Assembly: GCA_902494875.1 (NCBI GenBank)
Contig: CABUUO010000002.1
Coordinates: forward strand, 166,671-230,670
Direction of reading: 5' to 3'
Length of the DNA stretch: 64,000 nucleotides
Source of the DNA: an uncultured Pseudomonadota bacterium
GTDB lineage: Bacteria > Pseudomonadota > Alphaproteobacteria > RF32 > CAG-239
Shown here piece by piece: positions 46,787 through 56,372 of the stretch (within the stretch, counting starts at the first letter, position 1; each line of letters starts with the position of its first letter). Position numbers and translations under genes: made by a program. The notes below the pieces were generated by a model, which was given only the letters and a program-made list of their open reading frames with translations, was not told the DNA's origin and did no database searches.

Positions 46787-49120
46787 TTGATAAAATTTAT
46801 GGGTTGCAGACTTATGGCTAAGAAGAAAAACAAGAAAAAAGAGAGAACATTGGTGGCTAAAATCGGTTGTCGTTGTCTGGGGCTGGCATTAACGGTGTTG
46901 TCGGCGCTGGTGCTTGTCAGCACTTTTTTCTTTGATCCGGGCGATGTTTCCTTTAATACTGCCGCATCGGGAGATGTCCATAATTATCTGGGGACTTTCG
47001 GCGCCAAAAGCGCGGATTTTGTTTTGTCGTGGCTGGGCTGGTCGCTGCCGTTGTTTTTGATTGCGCCGCTGGCGTGGGGATATGGTTTTCTGCGGCTCAA
47101 AGAGTTTGTGCATCCGTATGCGCGGATTTTTGCCTTCGTTTTCGGAACGTTTTGTTTTTCGGTTTTGCTGAGTCTGGTGCCGCAGGCCTGGGGACTCGGA
47201 AAGATTGGCGGCGCTGTCGGGGTCTTTTTTGCCCGTCATTTGCTCAGCGTGTTTAACAATATTTATGTTTATGCTTACGGGAAGTATGTTTTTGCTTCAA
47301 TTTTGGCTGTTTTGAGCGTTTTGTCTTTTAATTTTGCAGTCGGGATTACATATAAAAACTGGTTTGCCTGGGGAAGAGCGGTCTGCCGTTTTGCGGCAAG
47401 AATCGGAAGTTATGTTGCAGCCGCGGGCAAGGCCGCGTTTAGTTTCGGCCGTCGCCGGAAGAATGATGACGACGCTGCCGGGCGGGTGGTAAAACCTAAG
47501 GCTGCCAAAGAACGCAAAGAACCGAAACTCAAGGAAGAAAAAGCCGAAAAACCGTCTGCCGAAGAAACGAAAATGAGCGGCAGAATGTCGGCGGCGAAAT
47601 CTAAGGCGACGGATGACGGTTATATGAAGCCCAGCGTCAATCTGCTTTCGATGGTTAAGGACAAAAACGCCGGGCAGGTTAACGAAAAAGAGCTTGAAGC
47701 AATAGCCCGCGATTTGGAAAACGTTTTGCAGGAGTTCGGCGTTAACGGCAATATTGTCAAGGTTCGTCCGGGACCGGTTGTTACCCTGTATGAGCTGGAA
47801 CCGGCGCCGGGTACGAAAACGGCGAGAGTTATCGGTCTGGCGGACGATATTGCTCGTTCGATGTCGGTTGTTTCGGTGCGTATTGCCGTGGTTCCGGGTT
47901 CAAATACCATCGGTATTGAGATGCCCAACGTCAAGCGCGAGACGGTTTGGCTGCGCGAACTGTTGGAAGATCCGAATTTTGAAGATTCAAAAAATATTCT
48001 GAACGTGGTTTTGGGTAAAGACATCGGCGGCCGCAACGTCTATGCCGATTTGTCCAAGATGCCGCACCTGCTGGTTGCCGGTACGACCGGTTCCGGTAAA
48101 TCGGTGGGGGTTAATTCCATGATTTTGTCTTTACTTTACCGGATGCGGCCCGATGAGTGCAAACTGATTATGATTGACCCGAAAATGCTGGAGTTTTCCA
48201 TGTATAACGGCATTCCGCACCTCTTGACGCCGGTTATTACCGATCCGGCCAAGGCGGTTATCGGCCTTAAATGGGCGGTGCGCGAAATGGAAGACCGTTA
48301 CCGGGCCATGGCCAAGCTCAATGTACGCAACATTGTGGGTTATAACCAAAAACTCAAAGAGCTGCGCGCCAGCGGCGAAAAAGTGACGCGTACGGTGCAG
48401 ACCGGGTTTGACAAGGAAACTGGCCAGCCGATTTTCGAAGAGCAGGATTTGGATCTGACGCCTTTGCCCTATATTGTAATCGTGGTTGACGAAATGGCCG
48501 ATTTGATGCTGGTGGCCGGCAAAGAAGTGGAAGCGGCCATTCAGCGTCTGGCACAGATGGCGCGCGCGGCCGGTCTGCATCTGATTATGTCGACGCAGCG
48601 TCCTTCGGTAGATGTTATTACCGGCACGATTAAGGCCAATTTCCCGACCCGAATCAGTTTTCAGGTAACCTCTAAAATCGACAGCCGTACCATTCTCGGC
48701 GAGCAAGGCGCGGAACAGCTGCTCGGCATGGGTGATATGCTTTATATGCCGGCAGGACAGCGGCCGCTGCGCGTTCACGGCAGCTTTGTCAAAGACAGCG
48801 AAGTTGAAAAGGTGGTCGAATTCTTAAAGTCGCAGAAAGAACCGGAATACGTTGAGGGCGTGACCGAAGGCGAGCTTAACGAAAAGGCGTCTTCTTCCGG
48901 CGGCGCCGTGTTTGACAAGACAGCCATGGGCGAAGGCAGTGACGAAGACCTTTATATGCAGGCGGTGGAAATTGTGCGCAACGACAAAAAGGCTTCAACT
49001 TCTTACATTCAGCGCAAACTCCGCATCGGCTATAATCGCGCGGCCTCATTGATTGACCGCATGGAAGAGGAAGGCGTGATATCGGCTGCGGATCATGTCG
49101 GCCGCCGCGAGGTTCTATAA
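46787..49120 (+). CDS. ftsK: DNA translocase FtsK.
   Basis: N-terminal 4-5 TM helices. K/E-rich linker. Motor domain with Walker A GTTGSGKS and Walker B VVDEMADL. C-terminal gamma winged-helix domain (YIQRKLRIGYNRAASLIDRME). Confidence 0.9.
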   Translation: MIKFMGCRLMAKKKNKKKERTLVAKIGCRCLGLALTVLSALVLVSTFFFDPGDVSFNTAASGDVHNYLGTFGAKSADFVLSWLGWSLPLFLIAPLAWGYGFLRLKEFVHPYARIFAFVFGTFCFSVLLSLVPQAWGLGKIGGAVGVFFARHLLSVFNNIYVYAYGKYVFASILAVLSVLSFNFAVGITYKNWFAWGRAVCRFAARIGSYVAAAGKAAFSFGRRRKNDDDAAGRVVKPKAAKERKEPKLKEEKAEKPSAEETKMSGRMSAAKSKATDDGYMKPSVNLLSMVKDKNAGQVNEKELEAIARDLENVLQEFGVNGNIVKVRPGPVVTLYELEPAPGTKTARVIGLADDIARSMSVVSVRIAVVPGSNTIGIEMPNVKRETVWLRELLEDPNFEDSKNILNVVLGKDIGGRNVYADLSKMPHLLVAGTTGSGKSVGVNSMILSLLYRMRPDECKLIMIDPKMLEFSMYNGIPHLLTPVITDPAKAVIGLKWAVREMEDRYRAMAKLNVRNIVGYNQKLKELRASGEKVTRTVQTGFDKETGQPIFEEQDLDLTPLPYIVIVVDEMADLMLVAGKEVEAAIQRLAQMARAAGLHLIMSTQRPSVDVITGTIKANFPTRISFQVTSKIDSRTILGEQGAEQLLGMGDMLYMPAGQRPLRVHGSFVKDSEVEKVVEFLKSQKEPEYVEGVTEGELNEKASSSGGAVFDKTAMGEGSDEDLYMQAVEIVRNDKKASTSYIQRKLRIGYNRAASLIDRMEEEGVISAADHVGRREVL

Positions 49121-49165
49121 AAAAATCCCTCCGAACTGAATTTTTTTCGGAGGGGTTTAAAATGT
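49121..49165. terminator. Bidirectional terminator between ftsK and grpE (CCCTCCGAA ... TTCGGAGGG with flanking A- and T-runs).
   Basis: 9-bp perfect stem with T-runs on both strands. Confidence 0.6.
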
Positions 49166-49182
49166 TTTTTTCGTTTTGATTT

Positions 49183-49797
49183 TTATTTTCCGCCTTTGGA
49201 AACGACAACCATGGCTTCGCGCAGAATGCGGTCATTAATCATATAACCGGTCTGCAGTTCGGCAATGATGGTACCGTTGGGTTTTGTTTTGTCTTCGACC
49301 TCCTGAACAACCTGATGGAAGTTGGGGTCAAAAACGGTTCCCATTATTTCCATTTTGCTGATGCCGTGTTTGCTAAAGACTTTCATCAGTTCGGCTTCGG
49401 TCAGTTCAACGCCTTTCAGCAGGTCTTTACAGTTTTCGGCGTTGTCGGCGGCCGCTTCAATGGCGCGGTGCAGATTGTCGGCAACGTTCAACAGGCTTTT
49501 GGCGAAAGAGGAAATGGCGTATTTTGTGTTTTTTTCAATTTCCTGCGCACAGCGTTTTTTGGTATTTTCGGCGTCGGCCAAAGCGCGCAGATATTCGTCT
49601 TTCAAGTGCTGGTTTTCGATACGCAGCGCTTCCATATTGTCTTTGGCGGCCTTGTCCAGATATCCTTCGTCTACAATGTCACCGGTTTCCTCATAATCTT
49701 CTACCTTTTCGTCAACGGCTTCAATCTCTTCTTCGGGAATCATAGCTTCTTCGTGTTCGAGAATTTCGTCGGTTTGTTTATCTGGTTTTTTGTTCAT
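49183..49797 (-). CDS. grpE: Nucleotide exchange factor GrpE.
   Basis: 204 aa. Acidic N-terminus, coiled-coil, and a C-terminal beta-domain (...GYMINDRILREAMVVV). Confidence 0.9.
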   Translation of the reverse strand: MNKKPDKQTDEILEHEEAMIPEEEIEAVDEKVEDYEETGDIVDEGYLDKAAKDNMEALRIENQHLKDEYLRALADAENTKKRCAQEIEKNTKYAISSFAKSLLNVADNLHRAIEAAADNAENCKDLLKGVELTEAELMKVFSKHGISKMEIMGTVFDPNFHQVVQEVEDKTKPNGTIIAELQTGYMINDRILREAMVVVSKGGK

Positions 49798-49957
49798 ATT
49801 TTTCCTCTTTAATTTTGCAGCTTTGATTTTATATATGAAATCTAGTGATTAATCGCCGACAAGTCAATAGCCGGCCTTTTATATTTGCTAAAAAGCTATA
49901 CAAAAGCCTCAAATGCTGTTATATTGATCTAGAGTAAACTTTACCGAAAGACAAGAG

Positions 49958-52000
49958 ATGAAATCAGCCGCCGAATCTGAGTGTTCCGAAGTTTTCAAAC
50001 CTCTGCCGAAGGGATTTAACAGAGGGCGGAAGTTTACGGTGACGTTTTCGGTTTGCAACAATCCGTATTTTAGGGAAATCCAAAACATTTCAAAAAAACA
50101 GTGTCTCGGTAAAGCCGAATGGCCGGCGTTTGAAAAAGTACGCGCCTGGATGATTTCGGCCGAGACCGGCACTTTTATGAAATGGGGCGGTTTGGGAATG
50201 GTTGCTTCCGAACTGCCGGAAGCCTTTAACAAATGTTTTAATGCCGAGGGCAGCGAAATGCTGGTGGTGACGCCGCTTTACAAAGGCAATACCGGCAAAA
50301 AAAAGGCGGAGCTGGACGGACTTTGTTACCGCGGCGCGGAGAAAAAAGAAGTGCTGCTGTCTTTGGCTACGGTCGTTACAGTTTCGTTTGCCGGCGCCCG
50401 CGGAACGTTGGTGAATTATAAAGTTAAGGTTTATACCGCGGGCTGCGGCCGGACGGGTTATATTTTTCTGGAAAACGACCGTTTCTTTTCAATTAATCCT
50501 CGTGCCGACAATCCGCCGGCGCAGGACGGATGCTATGTGCTGAACGAACATAACGTCAACGAGGTTGAGCGTTTTGCGTTTTTTTCCAAAGCCGTTTACC
50601 GCTTGATTGAAGATATTGTTGCAAAAAAAGTTACCGGGATTGAAAAGCCGGACATTTTGCTGGCCAATGACTGGCACAGCGGCGCAATTTCGGGGCTGGT
50701 CAAATATCTGCCGGTTGCCAAAGCTGAAGCCGGGATTATGGATGAGATGTCCGCCGCCGCAATCGGGCATATTCCGGTGATTCATCTGGCGCACCATCTG
50801 GGATATCAGGGCTGGGACTATCAAAATACCGCCAAGCTTTTAAACTCTTTATATGAAAATCTGGCAACCAATGTTTTTAAGAATGCAAAAGCGGTCAAGA
50901 CCGCCAATCCGCGGACCAAAAACGCGCTGATTGTTTATGACAGCTATAATCAGGCGGCCTGTAACTTCAATTTGGCCGACCGAGTGGTGACGGTTTCCAA
51001 AAACTATATGGAGGAAGTTTCCAAGGAACTTTCAATGGGGTTCGATTTTCGCGACGTTTTGAAAATCCGCAAAGACCACCGCAACTTTTTCGGCATTGTC
51101 AACGGCTATGACAAAAAACTGATTGCGCCGCTTAAAGACAAAATCGAGGCAATCAACCAGTATTTCGGCTGTGATTTTAAGTTTTATGACGAAAGCAATC
51201 CGGACGTTAAATTGCAAAACAAGGCGGCATTTATCCGGTTGATTTCAAAAATTGCCCGGGACAAGGCTTATAAAGACCGGGTTATTCCGCTGGTGGATAC
51301 CTATTGTTTTGAAGATATTGAAAAAGATGTCAAAAATCCTGAAAAAACGCCGATTTTCTGCGCAACAAGCCGTCTGGTGGAGCAGAAGGGCTATGACATT
51401 GCCGCGCAGGCAATTGTCAATATTGTCGAAAACCATACTTACCGGGAATATCCGATATTTATTCTCGGAGGCGCCGGTTCTGCCGAATATTTTCAGAAAG
51501 TGCTGGAAAAACTGAAAGACAAGGTCAGAAAAATCAGTCCGCTGGCGGCTAAAAGGATTTTTGTTTTCCGCGGGTATAAAGATGAATTTGCCTATGCGGT
51601 GCAGCTGGCCGCGGATTTTTATATGATGCCGTCGCGGTTTGAGCCCTGCGGTTTGACACAGATGGAAGCTATGGCCAAAGGTGCGCTGCCGGTCGCTACT
51701 TCGACCGGCGGGCTGGTCGATACGATAGAAGACGGTACGGACGGTTTTCGCACCGAGGTCTTTTTTTCCAAAAAGCAGCATGTCTACGGCAGCAATCTTA
51801 TGGCCAAGCGTTTGAAAAACAACGTCAACGCCTATACTCAGGCGCTGAACAAAGCTTTGGAGACTTTTTACAACCGACCCGAGACAATTCGGCAGATGAC
51901 GCAAAATGCCATGCGTAAGGATTTCAGCTGGGATGTTCCCGGAGGATCCGTCTATAAATATCACAATCTGCTTTTAAAAGGATGTATATTGGACGGCTGA
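49958..52000 (+). CDS. glgA: GT5-family glycogen/starch synthase (GlgA-like), unusually long (680 aa from the first ATG; alternative start at 50150 gives 617 aa).
   Basis: N-terminal donor-binding motif MKWGGLGMV (GlgA has KTGGLGDV). C-terminal GT-B motif RFEPCGLTQMEAMAKGALPVATSTGGLVDTI. Compared with a bacterial GlgA of about 480 aa there is a long central insertion. Confidence 0.7.
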   Translation: MKSAAESECSEVFKPLPKGFNRGRKFTVTFSVCNNPYFREIQNISKKQCLGKAEWPAFEKVRAWMISAETGTFMKWGGLGMVASELPEAFNKCFNAEGSEMLVVTPLYKGNTGKKKAELDGLCYRGAEKKEVLLSLATVVTVSFAGARGTLVNYKVKVYTAGCGRTGYIFLENDRFFSINPRADNPPAQDGCYVLNEHNVNEVERFAFFSKAVYRLIEDIVAKKVTGIEKPDILLANDWHSGAISGLVKYLPVAKAEAGIMDEMSAAAIGHIPVIHLAHHLGYQGWDYQNTAKLLNSLYENLATNVFKNAKAVKTANPRTKNALIVYDSYNQAACNFNLADRVVTVSKNYMEEVSKELSMGFDFRDVLKIRKDHRNFFGIVNGYDKKLIAPLKDKIEAINQYFGCDFKFYDESNPDVKLQNKAAFIRLISKIARDKAYKDRVIPLVDTYCFEDIEKDVKNPEKTPIFCATSRLVEQKGYDIAAQAIVNIVENHTYREYPIFILGGAGSAEYFQKVLEKLKDKVRKISPLAAKRIFVFRGYKDEFAYAVQLAADFYMMPSRFEPCGLTQMEAMAKGALPVATSTGGLVDTIEDGTDGFRTEVFFSKKQHVYGSNLMAKRLKNNVNAYTQALNKALETFYNRPETIRQMTQNAMRKDFSWDVPGGSVYKYHNLLLKGCILDG

Positions 52001-52151
52001 TGTATGTTTGGCAGGCAGAAAGCGTTCTTGCTTCATTCTCCGCATTTTTAACTGCTATCGGCTTTCGGGAGAAATGTTTTTTGTGCTTGCGGGGCGGCTT
52101 TTTTTCGGCTATCTTTCTAAGCAGATTTTGAGATTTGAAAGAGAAAAGAAA

Positions 52152-52865
52152 ATGAGACATTCACAACGTCAAAATGACGAAATCCGCAATATTGAAATTA
52201 TTCCGAATTTTAATCCCTATGCCGAGGGTTCCTGCCTGATAAAATGCGGCAACACCCATGTCGTGTGCACTGCCAGCGTGGAGGAAAAAATTCCTACCTG
52301 GCTCAAGGGACAGAACAAAGGCTGGGTGACTGCCGAATACGGAATGCTGCCGCGTTCGGCGCAGACCCGCATTCCGCGCGAAATCAAAAAAGGCCCGTCA
52401 GGGCGCTCGCAGGAGATTCAGCGGCTGATTGGCCGGGCTTTGCGCGCGGTGGTCAATCTGGAAGCGATGAGAGACATCTCCATCTGCATTGACTGCGATG
52501 TCATTCAGGCAGACGGAGGTACGCGGACGGCGTCCATTACCGGCGGATATGTCGCTTTGGTGCTGGCGATTGAAAAACTGCGTCGCGAGGGCCGACTGAC
52601 GGTTAATCCGATAAAGGGGATGGTGGCGGCAATTTCCTGCGGCATCTGTCACGGGGAGTGTGTGCTTGACGTCGATTATGAGGAAGATTCCCATGCCGAG
52701 GTAGATATGAATTTTGTTTTAACGGATGACAATAAAATCGTTGAAATTCAGGGAACCGCCGAAGGAGCCCCTTTTGACGAGGCACAGTTTAACCGTCTGC
52801 TGAATCTGGCCAAGTCCGGTATAGCCCGGTTGATTGAAAAGCAGAAACAAGCGTTAGGAATGTAA
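52152..52865 (+). CDS. rph: Ribonuclease PH. The ORF extends upstream to 52008; the ATG with an RBS is at 52152.
   Basis: MRHSQRQNDEIRNIEIIP... matches the RNase PH N-terminus (MRPAGRANDQLRPV...). About 237 aa. Contains TAEYGMLPR. Confidence 0.9.
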   Translation: MRHSQRQNDEIRNIEIIPNFNPYAEGSCLIKCGNTHVVCTASVEEKIPTWLKGQNKGWVTAEYGMLPRSAQTRIPREIKKGPSGRSQEIQRLIGRALRAVVNLEAMRDISICIDCDVIQADGGTRTASITGGYVALVLAIEKLRREGRLTVNPIKGMVAAISCGICHGECVLDVDYEEDSHAEVDMNFVLTDDNKIVEIQGTAEGAPFDEAQFNRLLNLAKSGIARLIEKQKQALGM

Positions 52866-52866
52866 A

Positions 52867-53463
52867 ATGAAATTTGAAAAAATTGTCGTAGCCAGCCATA
52901 ATCAGGGCAAAATCAACGAGTTCAAAACCATGCTGGAACCGTATCATATCGAGGTGGTTTCCGCCGGTGAACTGGAGCTGCCGGACGTGGAAGAAACTGG
53001 AACGACTTTTGAAGAAAACGCCAGACTCAAAGCAGAGACGCTGGCTGCTCAGTGCGGGCTGCCTTGTCTGGCCGATGATTCGGGTTTGTGCGTGAACGCG
53101 CTGGGCGGCCGGCCGGGCGTTTATTCGGCAAGATATGCCCCAAACAGAGATTTTAACAAAGGTATGGAGATGCTTTTGTCAGAGTTGGATAAAAGCAAAT
53201 CAAAAGACCGCAGCGCTTATTTTGCCTGCGTATTGGCGTTGGCGGTGCCGGGCGGCGGCTGTCAGATTTTTGAAGGCAGGGTTGACGGCGAAATCGCTTT
53301 GGAACCCCGCGGCGCGGCCGGTTTCGGCTATGATCCGATTTTTGTTCCCAAAGGGTATGACCGTACGTTTGCCGAGTTCACCAAGGAGGCTAAAAACCAG
53401 ATTTCTCATCGCGGTATGGCTTTCGGGCAGTTTGAAAATTTCTTAAAAGTCAGTCTGGCTTAG
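52867..53463 (+). CDS. rdgB: dITP/XTP pyrophosphatase RdgB (Ham1 family).
   Basis: 198 aa. Motifs VASHNQGK and the C-terminal GFGYDPIF...SHR. Lies immediately after rph, as in many bacteria. Confidence 0.85.
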   Translation: MKFEKIVVASHNQGKINEFKTMLEPYHIEVVSAGELELPDVEETGTTFEENARLKAETLAAQCGLPCLADDSGLCVNALGGRPGVYSARYAPNRDFNKGMEMLLSELDKSKSKDRSAYFACVLALAVPGGGCQIFEGRVDGEIALEPRGAAGFGYDPIFVPKGYDRTFAEFTKEAKNQISHRGMAFGQFENFLKVSLA

Positions 53464-53471
53464 GGGGCGTT

Positions 53472-56372
53472 TTGCCGGCAGTGCGGAAAAATCTTTACAA
53501 CGTTTCGCTGAGCAGCAGTTTTACCGACGTCGTTGCCGAAAAGCTGCTGGCGGAATATCGGGAAAATCCGCTCGGTCTGCAAGACGTTTTGCTGCTGCTT
53601 CCCAACCGCAGGGCTGCGAAGTCAATGGCGGAAGCGTTTGTTCGCGCGCAGGGAATGAAGCCAACTCTGCTGCCCAAAATGCTGCCGCTGGGCGACGTGG
53701 AAGAAGATGAGTTGTTTCTGACCGGGACGGACGGGGATCGCGAGTTGTTGAATCTGCCGCCGGCAATTGAAAAAAACGAACGACTGCTGCTGTTTACCAA
53801 AATCATTATGGCCAAACCCGGCGACTTCGGTCTGGAGGAAATGCCTCTCGGTCAGGCCTGTTATCTGGCGCAGGAACTGGCCGGACTGATAGATACGGTT
53901 CATAATGAAAATTTGTCTTTTGACAATCTGCAGAATCTGGTGCCGGAAGAGTATGCGGCTCATTGGCAGGAAACGTTGAGGTTTCTGGAAATAATCACCC
54001 GCTTCTGGCCGGAAATTCTGGCAGAGAGGAATCTTACAGATCCCAGTTTGCGCCGCAATCTCCTGTTGAAGGCCCAAAGCCGCCAATGGGCGGAAAATCC
54101 TCCTGAAAAGCGGATAATCATCGCGGGAACCACAGCCACTTATCCAGCCATGAAAGAGTTGGTTAAAACGGTTTTGTCGCTGCCTCAGGGCGAGGTTATC
54201 CTGCCGGGGGTGGATCGGGAACTTGATGACGAATCGTGGGAAGCGATAGATGACACGCATCCGCAGTTTGAACTCAAAAACCTGTTGGATTATCTGCAGA
54301 CGGAACGGCATGAAGTGCAGGAACTGGTGCCGCCGCAAAATGCGGCGCGGGAAACGCTGATTTCCGAAATCATGCGACCGGCCAAGACGACAGACAAGTG
54401 GCTGGGAATCGGCAGTAAAAAAATTGCGACGGAAGCTTTGGCCGGCCTCAGTTTGATAGATTGCGCCGACATTCGCGAGGAGGCTTTGTCCGCTGCGCTG
54501 ATTATGCGCGAAGTTTTGGAAACCCCGGAGAGAACGGCGGCACTGGTTACGTCCGACCGTGATTTGGCACGCCGGGTGGCCGGCGAGTTGGAGCGCTGGG
54601 GGATTAAGGTTGACGATTCCGCGGGCCGGCCGCTTTCTCTGACGCCGGCGGGAATTTTTCTGCGTTTGACGGCTAAAGTCTGCGAAAGCGGTTTTCGGCG
54701 GATTGATTTGTTGAGCCTGCTCAAACATCCGTTGCTGCAAAACGAAATGTCTGCGGGCGCGGCGCGGCGGCTGGCGCGCACTTTGGAGCAAAAGGTCTGG
54801 CGCGGCGGATATGAAGACGCGGAAGCGTCAGCGTTCGAACGAAATGTCAAAGAACATTTTTCCGAATTGTACGCTTTATATCAGCAGCCGCAGGCAGATT
54901 TGAAACTGTTGCTGAAAGTTCACGTCAGAACGGCGGAAAAACTGGCTTCCGCAGCGGGTAAAGACGGCGCGGAAATTTTATGGAAGGGCGATGCGGGCGA
55001 AGCCGCTGCTTCATTTGTTGCAGATTTGTATGATAAAGCCGAGGTTTTGGGAGGCGTTAAGACCGCCGACTATCTGGGCTTTTTTGAGGCGATGATGTCC
55101 GGGGTAACGGTGCGTCCGAAGTTCGGTACCCATCCGCGGCTGAAGATTCTGGGGCCGATTGAAGCGCGGTTGAACCATTTTGACGTGACGATTATCGGCG
55201 GAGTTAACGAAGGCGTGTGGCCGAAGCTTCCGGGGGCTGATCCCTGGATGTCGCGGCCGATGAAAAAAGACTTCGGATTTCCGCAGCCTGAAAAAGCAAT
55301 AGGCATTATGGCCCGCGATTTTGCGGAACTGTTGGGCGGCGAAGAGGTTTATCTGACCCGTTCCGAACGTGTTCAGGGAACTCCAATGGTAAAATCGCGC
55401 TGGTGGCTACGGTTGGAAACGGTTTTGGAGGCCATGCAAATAGAGAGCGGCCGGACTGAAGACGAGGTCTATCGTCTGATTGCGCGTCATATTGACGAAC
55501 CGGCGGCTTATATCAGGGTTAATCCGCCGGCGCCCAAACCGCCGGTCAGCGCCAGACCGCGGGAGCTGGCGGCGAGCGCGATAGAAATGTGGATGCGTGA
55601 TCCGTATGCGATTTTTGCCAAATATATCCTCAAGCTTAAACCGTTGGAAGAAATTGAACCGGATTTAAGTTTGGCGGACTACGGCAATATCATTCACGCC
55701 ATTTTGGAGCAGTTTAACAACCGTTATCCCCGGGCATTTCCGCCGACGGCAAGGGAAGAGCTGCTGGCTTTGGGCGAGGAATATTTCAGAAACAATGAAG
55801 TTGCAATGGAAACAAAAGCTTTTTGGTGGCCGAATTTTGTAAAAACCGTGGATTGGATTGTCAGCATTGAGCAGACGTATCGCCCGGAAATTGAGAAAAT
55901 CCATAATGAAATAAAAGGCGCGTTCGTGCTTAACGCGCCGGCCGGAGAATTCAAGGTAACGGCTAAAGCCGACCGCGTTGACGAAACCAAGGACGGCCGC
56001 ATAAACATTATTGATTATAAAACCGGAAAAATACGCAGCAGAAAGGAAGTGGCCAGGGGCTATGCCCCCCAGCTGCCGATAGAAGGCCTGATTGCAGCGA
56101 ACGGTGGTTTTGAAGGAATCGGCAAAAAGGAGGTGGCAGCGCTGATTTACTGGCAGCTCGGCAAAAAAGCGTCACCGATTGACGATGATGTTCCGGAAAT
56201 CTTGGACAACAATCTGCGGCGTATTGCCGAACTGGTGCATTTGTTTGATTTTGAGACCACGCCGTATCTGAGCCGTCCGAATCCCAAGAGTGTTCCGGAT
56301 TATTCCGATTATGAACATTTGGCCCGGGTGAAGGAGTGGTCGGTGGTTGATACAGAGGACAAAGGGGAATGA
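53472..56372 (+). CDS. addB: Double-strand break repair protein AddB (alphaproteobacterial type, PD-(D/E)xK nuclease).
   Basis: 966 aa. The C-terminal nuclease motif region has a D/E...K arrangement. Overlaps the addA start (ATGA). Confidence 0.75.
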   Translation: MPAVRKNLYNVSLSSSFTDVVAEKLLAEYRENPLGLQDVLLLLPNRRAAKSMAEAFVRAQGMKPTLLPKMLPLGDVEEDELFLTGTDGDRELLNLPPAIEKNERLLLFTKIIMAKPGDFGLEEMPLGQACYLAQELAGLIDTVHNENLSFDNLQNLVPEEYAAHWQETLRFLEIITRFWPEILAERNLTDPSLRRNLLLKAQSRQWAENPPEKRIIIAGTTATYPAMKELVKTVLSLPQGEVILPGVDRELDDESWEAIDDTHPQFELKNLLDYLQTERHEVQELVPPQNAARETLISEIMRPAKTTDKWLGIGSKKIATEALAGLSLIDCADIREEALSAALIMREVLETPERTAALVTSDRDLARRVAGELERWGIKVDDSAGRPLSLTPAGIFLRLTAKVCESGFRRIDLLSLLKHPLLQNEMSAGAARRLARTLEQKVWRGGYEDAEASAFERNVKEHFSELYALYQQPQADLKLLLKVHVRTAEKLASAAGKDGAEILWKGDAGEAAASFVADLYDKAEVLGGVKTADYLGFFEAMMSGVTVRPKFGTHPRLKILGPIEARLNHFDVTIIGGVNEGVWPKLPGADPWMSRPMKKDFGFPQPEKAIGIMARDFAELLGGEEVYLTRSERVQGTPMVKSRWWLRLETVLEAMQIESGRTEDEVYRLIARHIDEPAAYIRVNPPAPKPPVSARPRELAASAIEMWMRDPYAIFAKYILKLKPLEEIEPDLSLADYGNIIHAILEQFNNRYPRAFPPTAREELLALGEEYFRNNEVAMETKAFWWPNFVKTVDWIVSIEQTYRPEIEKIHNEIKGAFVLNAPAGEFKVTAKADRVDETKDGRINIIDYKTGKIRSRKEVARGYAPQLPIEGLIAANGGFEGIGKKEVAALIYWQLGKKASPIDDDVPEILDNNLRRIAELVHLFDFETTPYLSRPNPKSVPDYSDYEHLARVKEWSVVDTEDKGE

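Noticed and set aside
48131-48778. 215-aa minus-strand ORF within ftsK
   Set aside because: It is antisense to the FtsK motor domain, whose frame contains Walker A/B motifs.
53622-54850. Long minus-strand ORFs (389 and 186 aa) within addB
   Set aside because: They are antisense to addB and have Arg/Gln/Pro-rich low-complexity translations with no motifs. They are typical shadow ORFs in a GC-richer gene.
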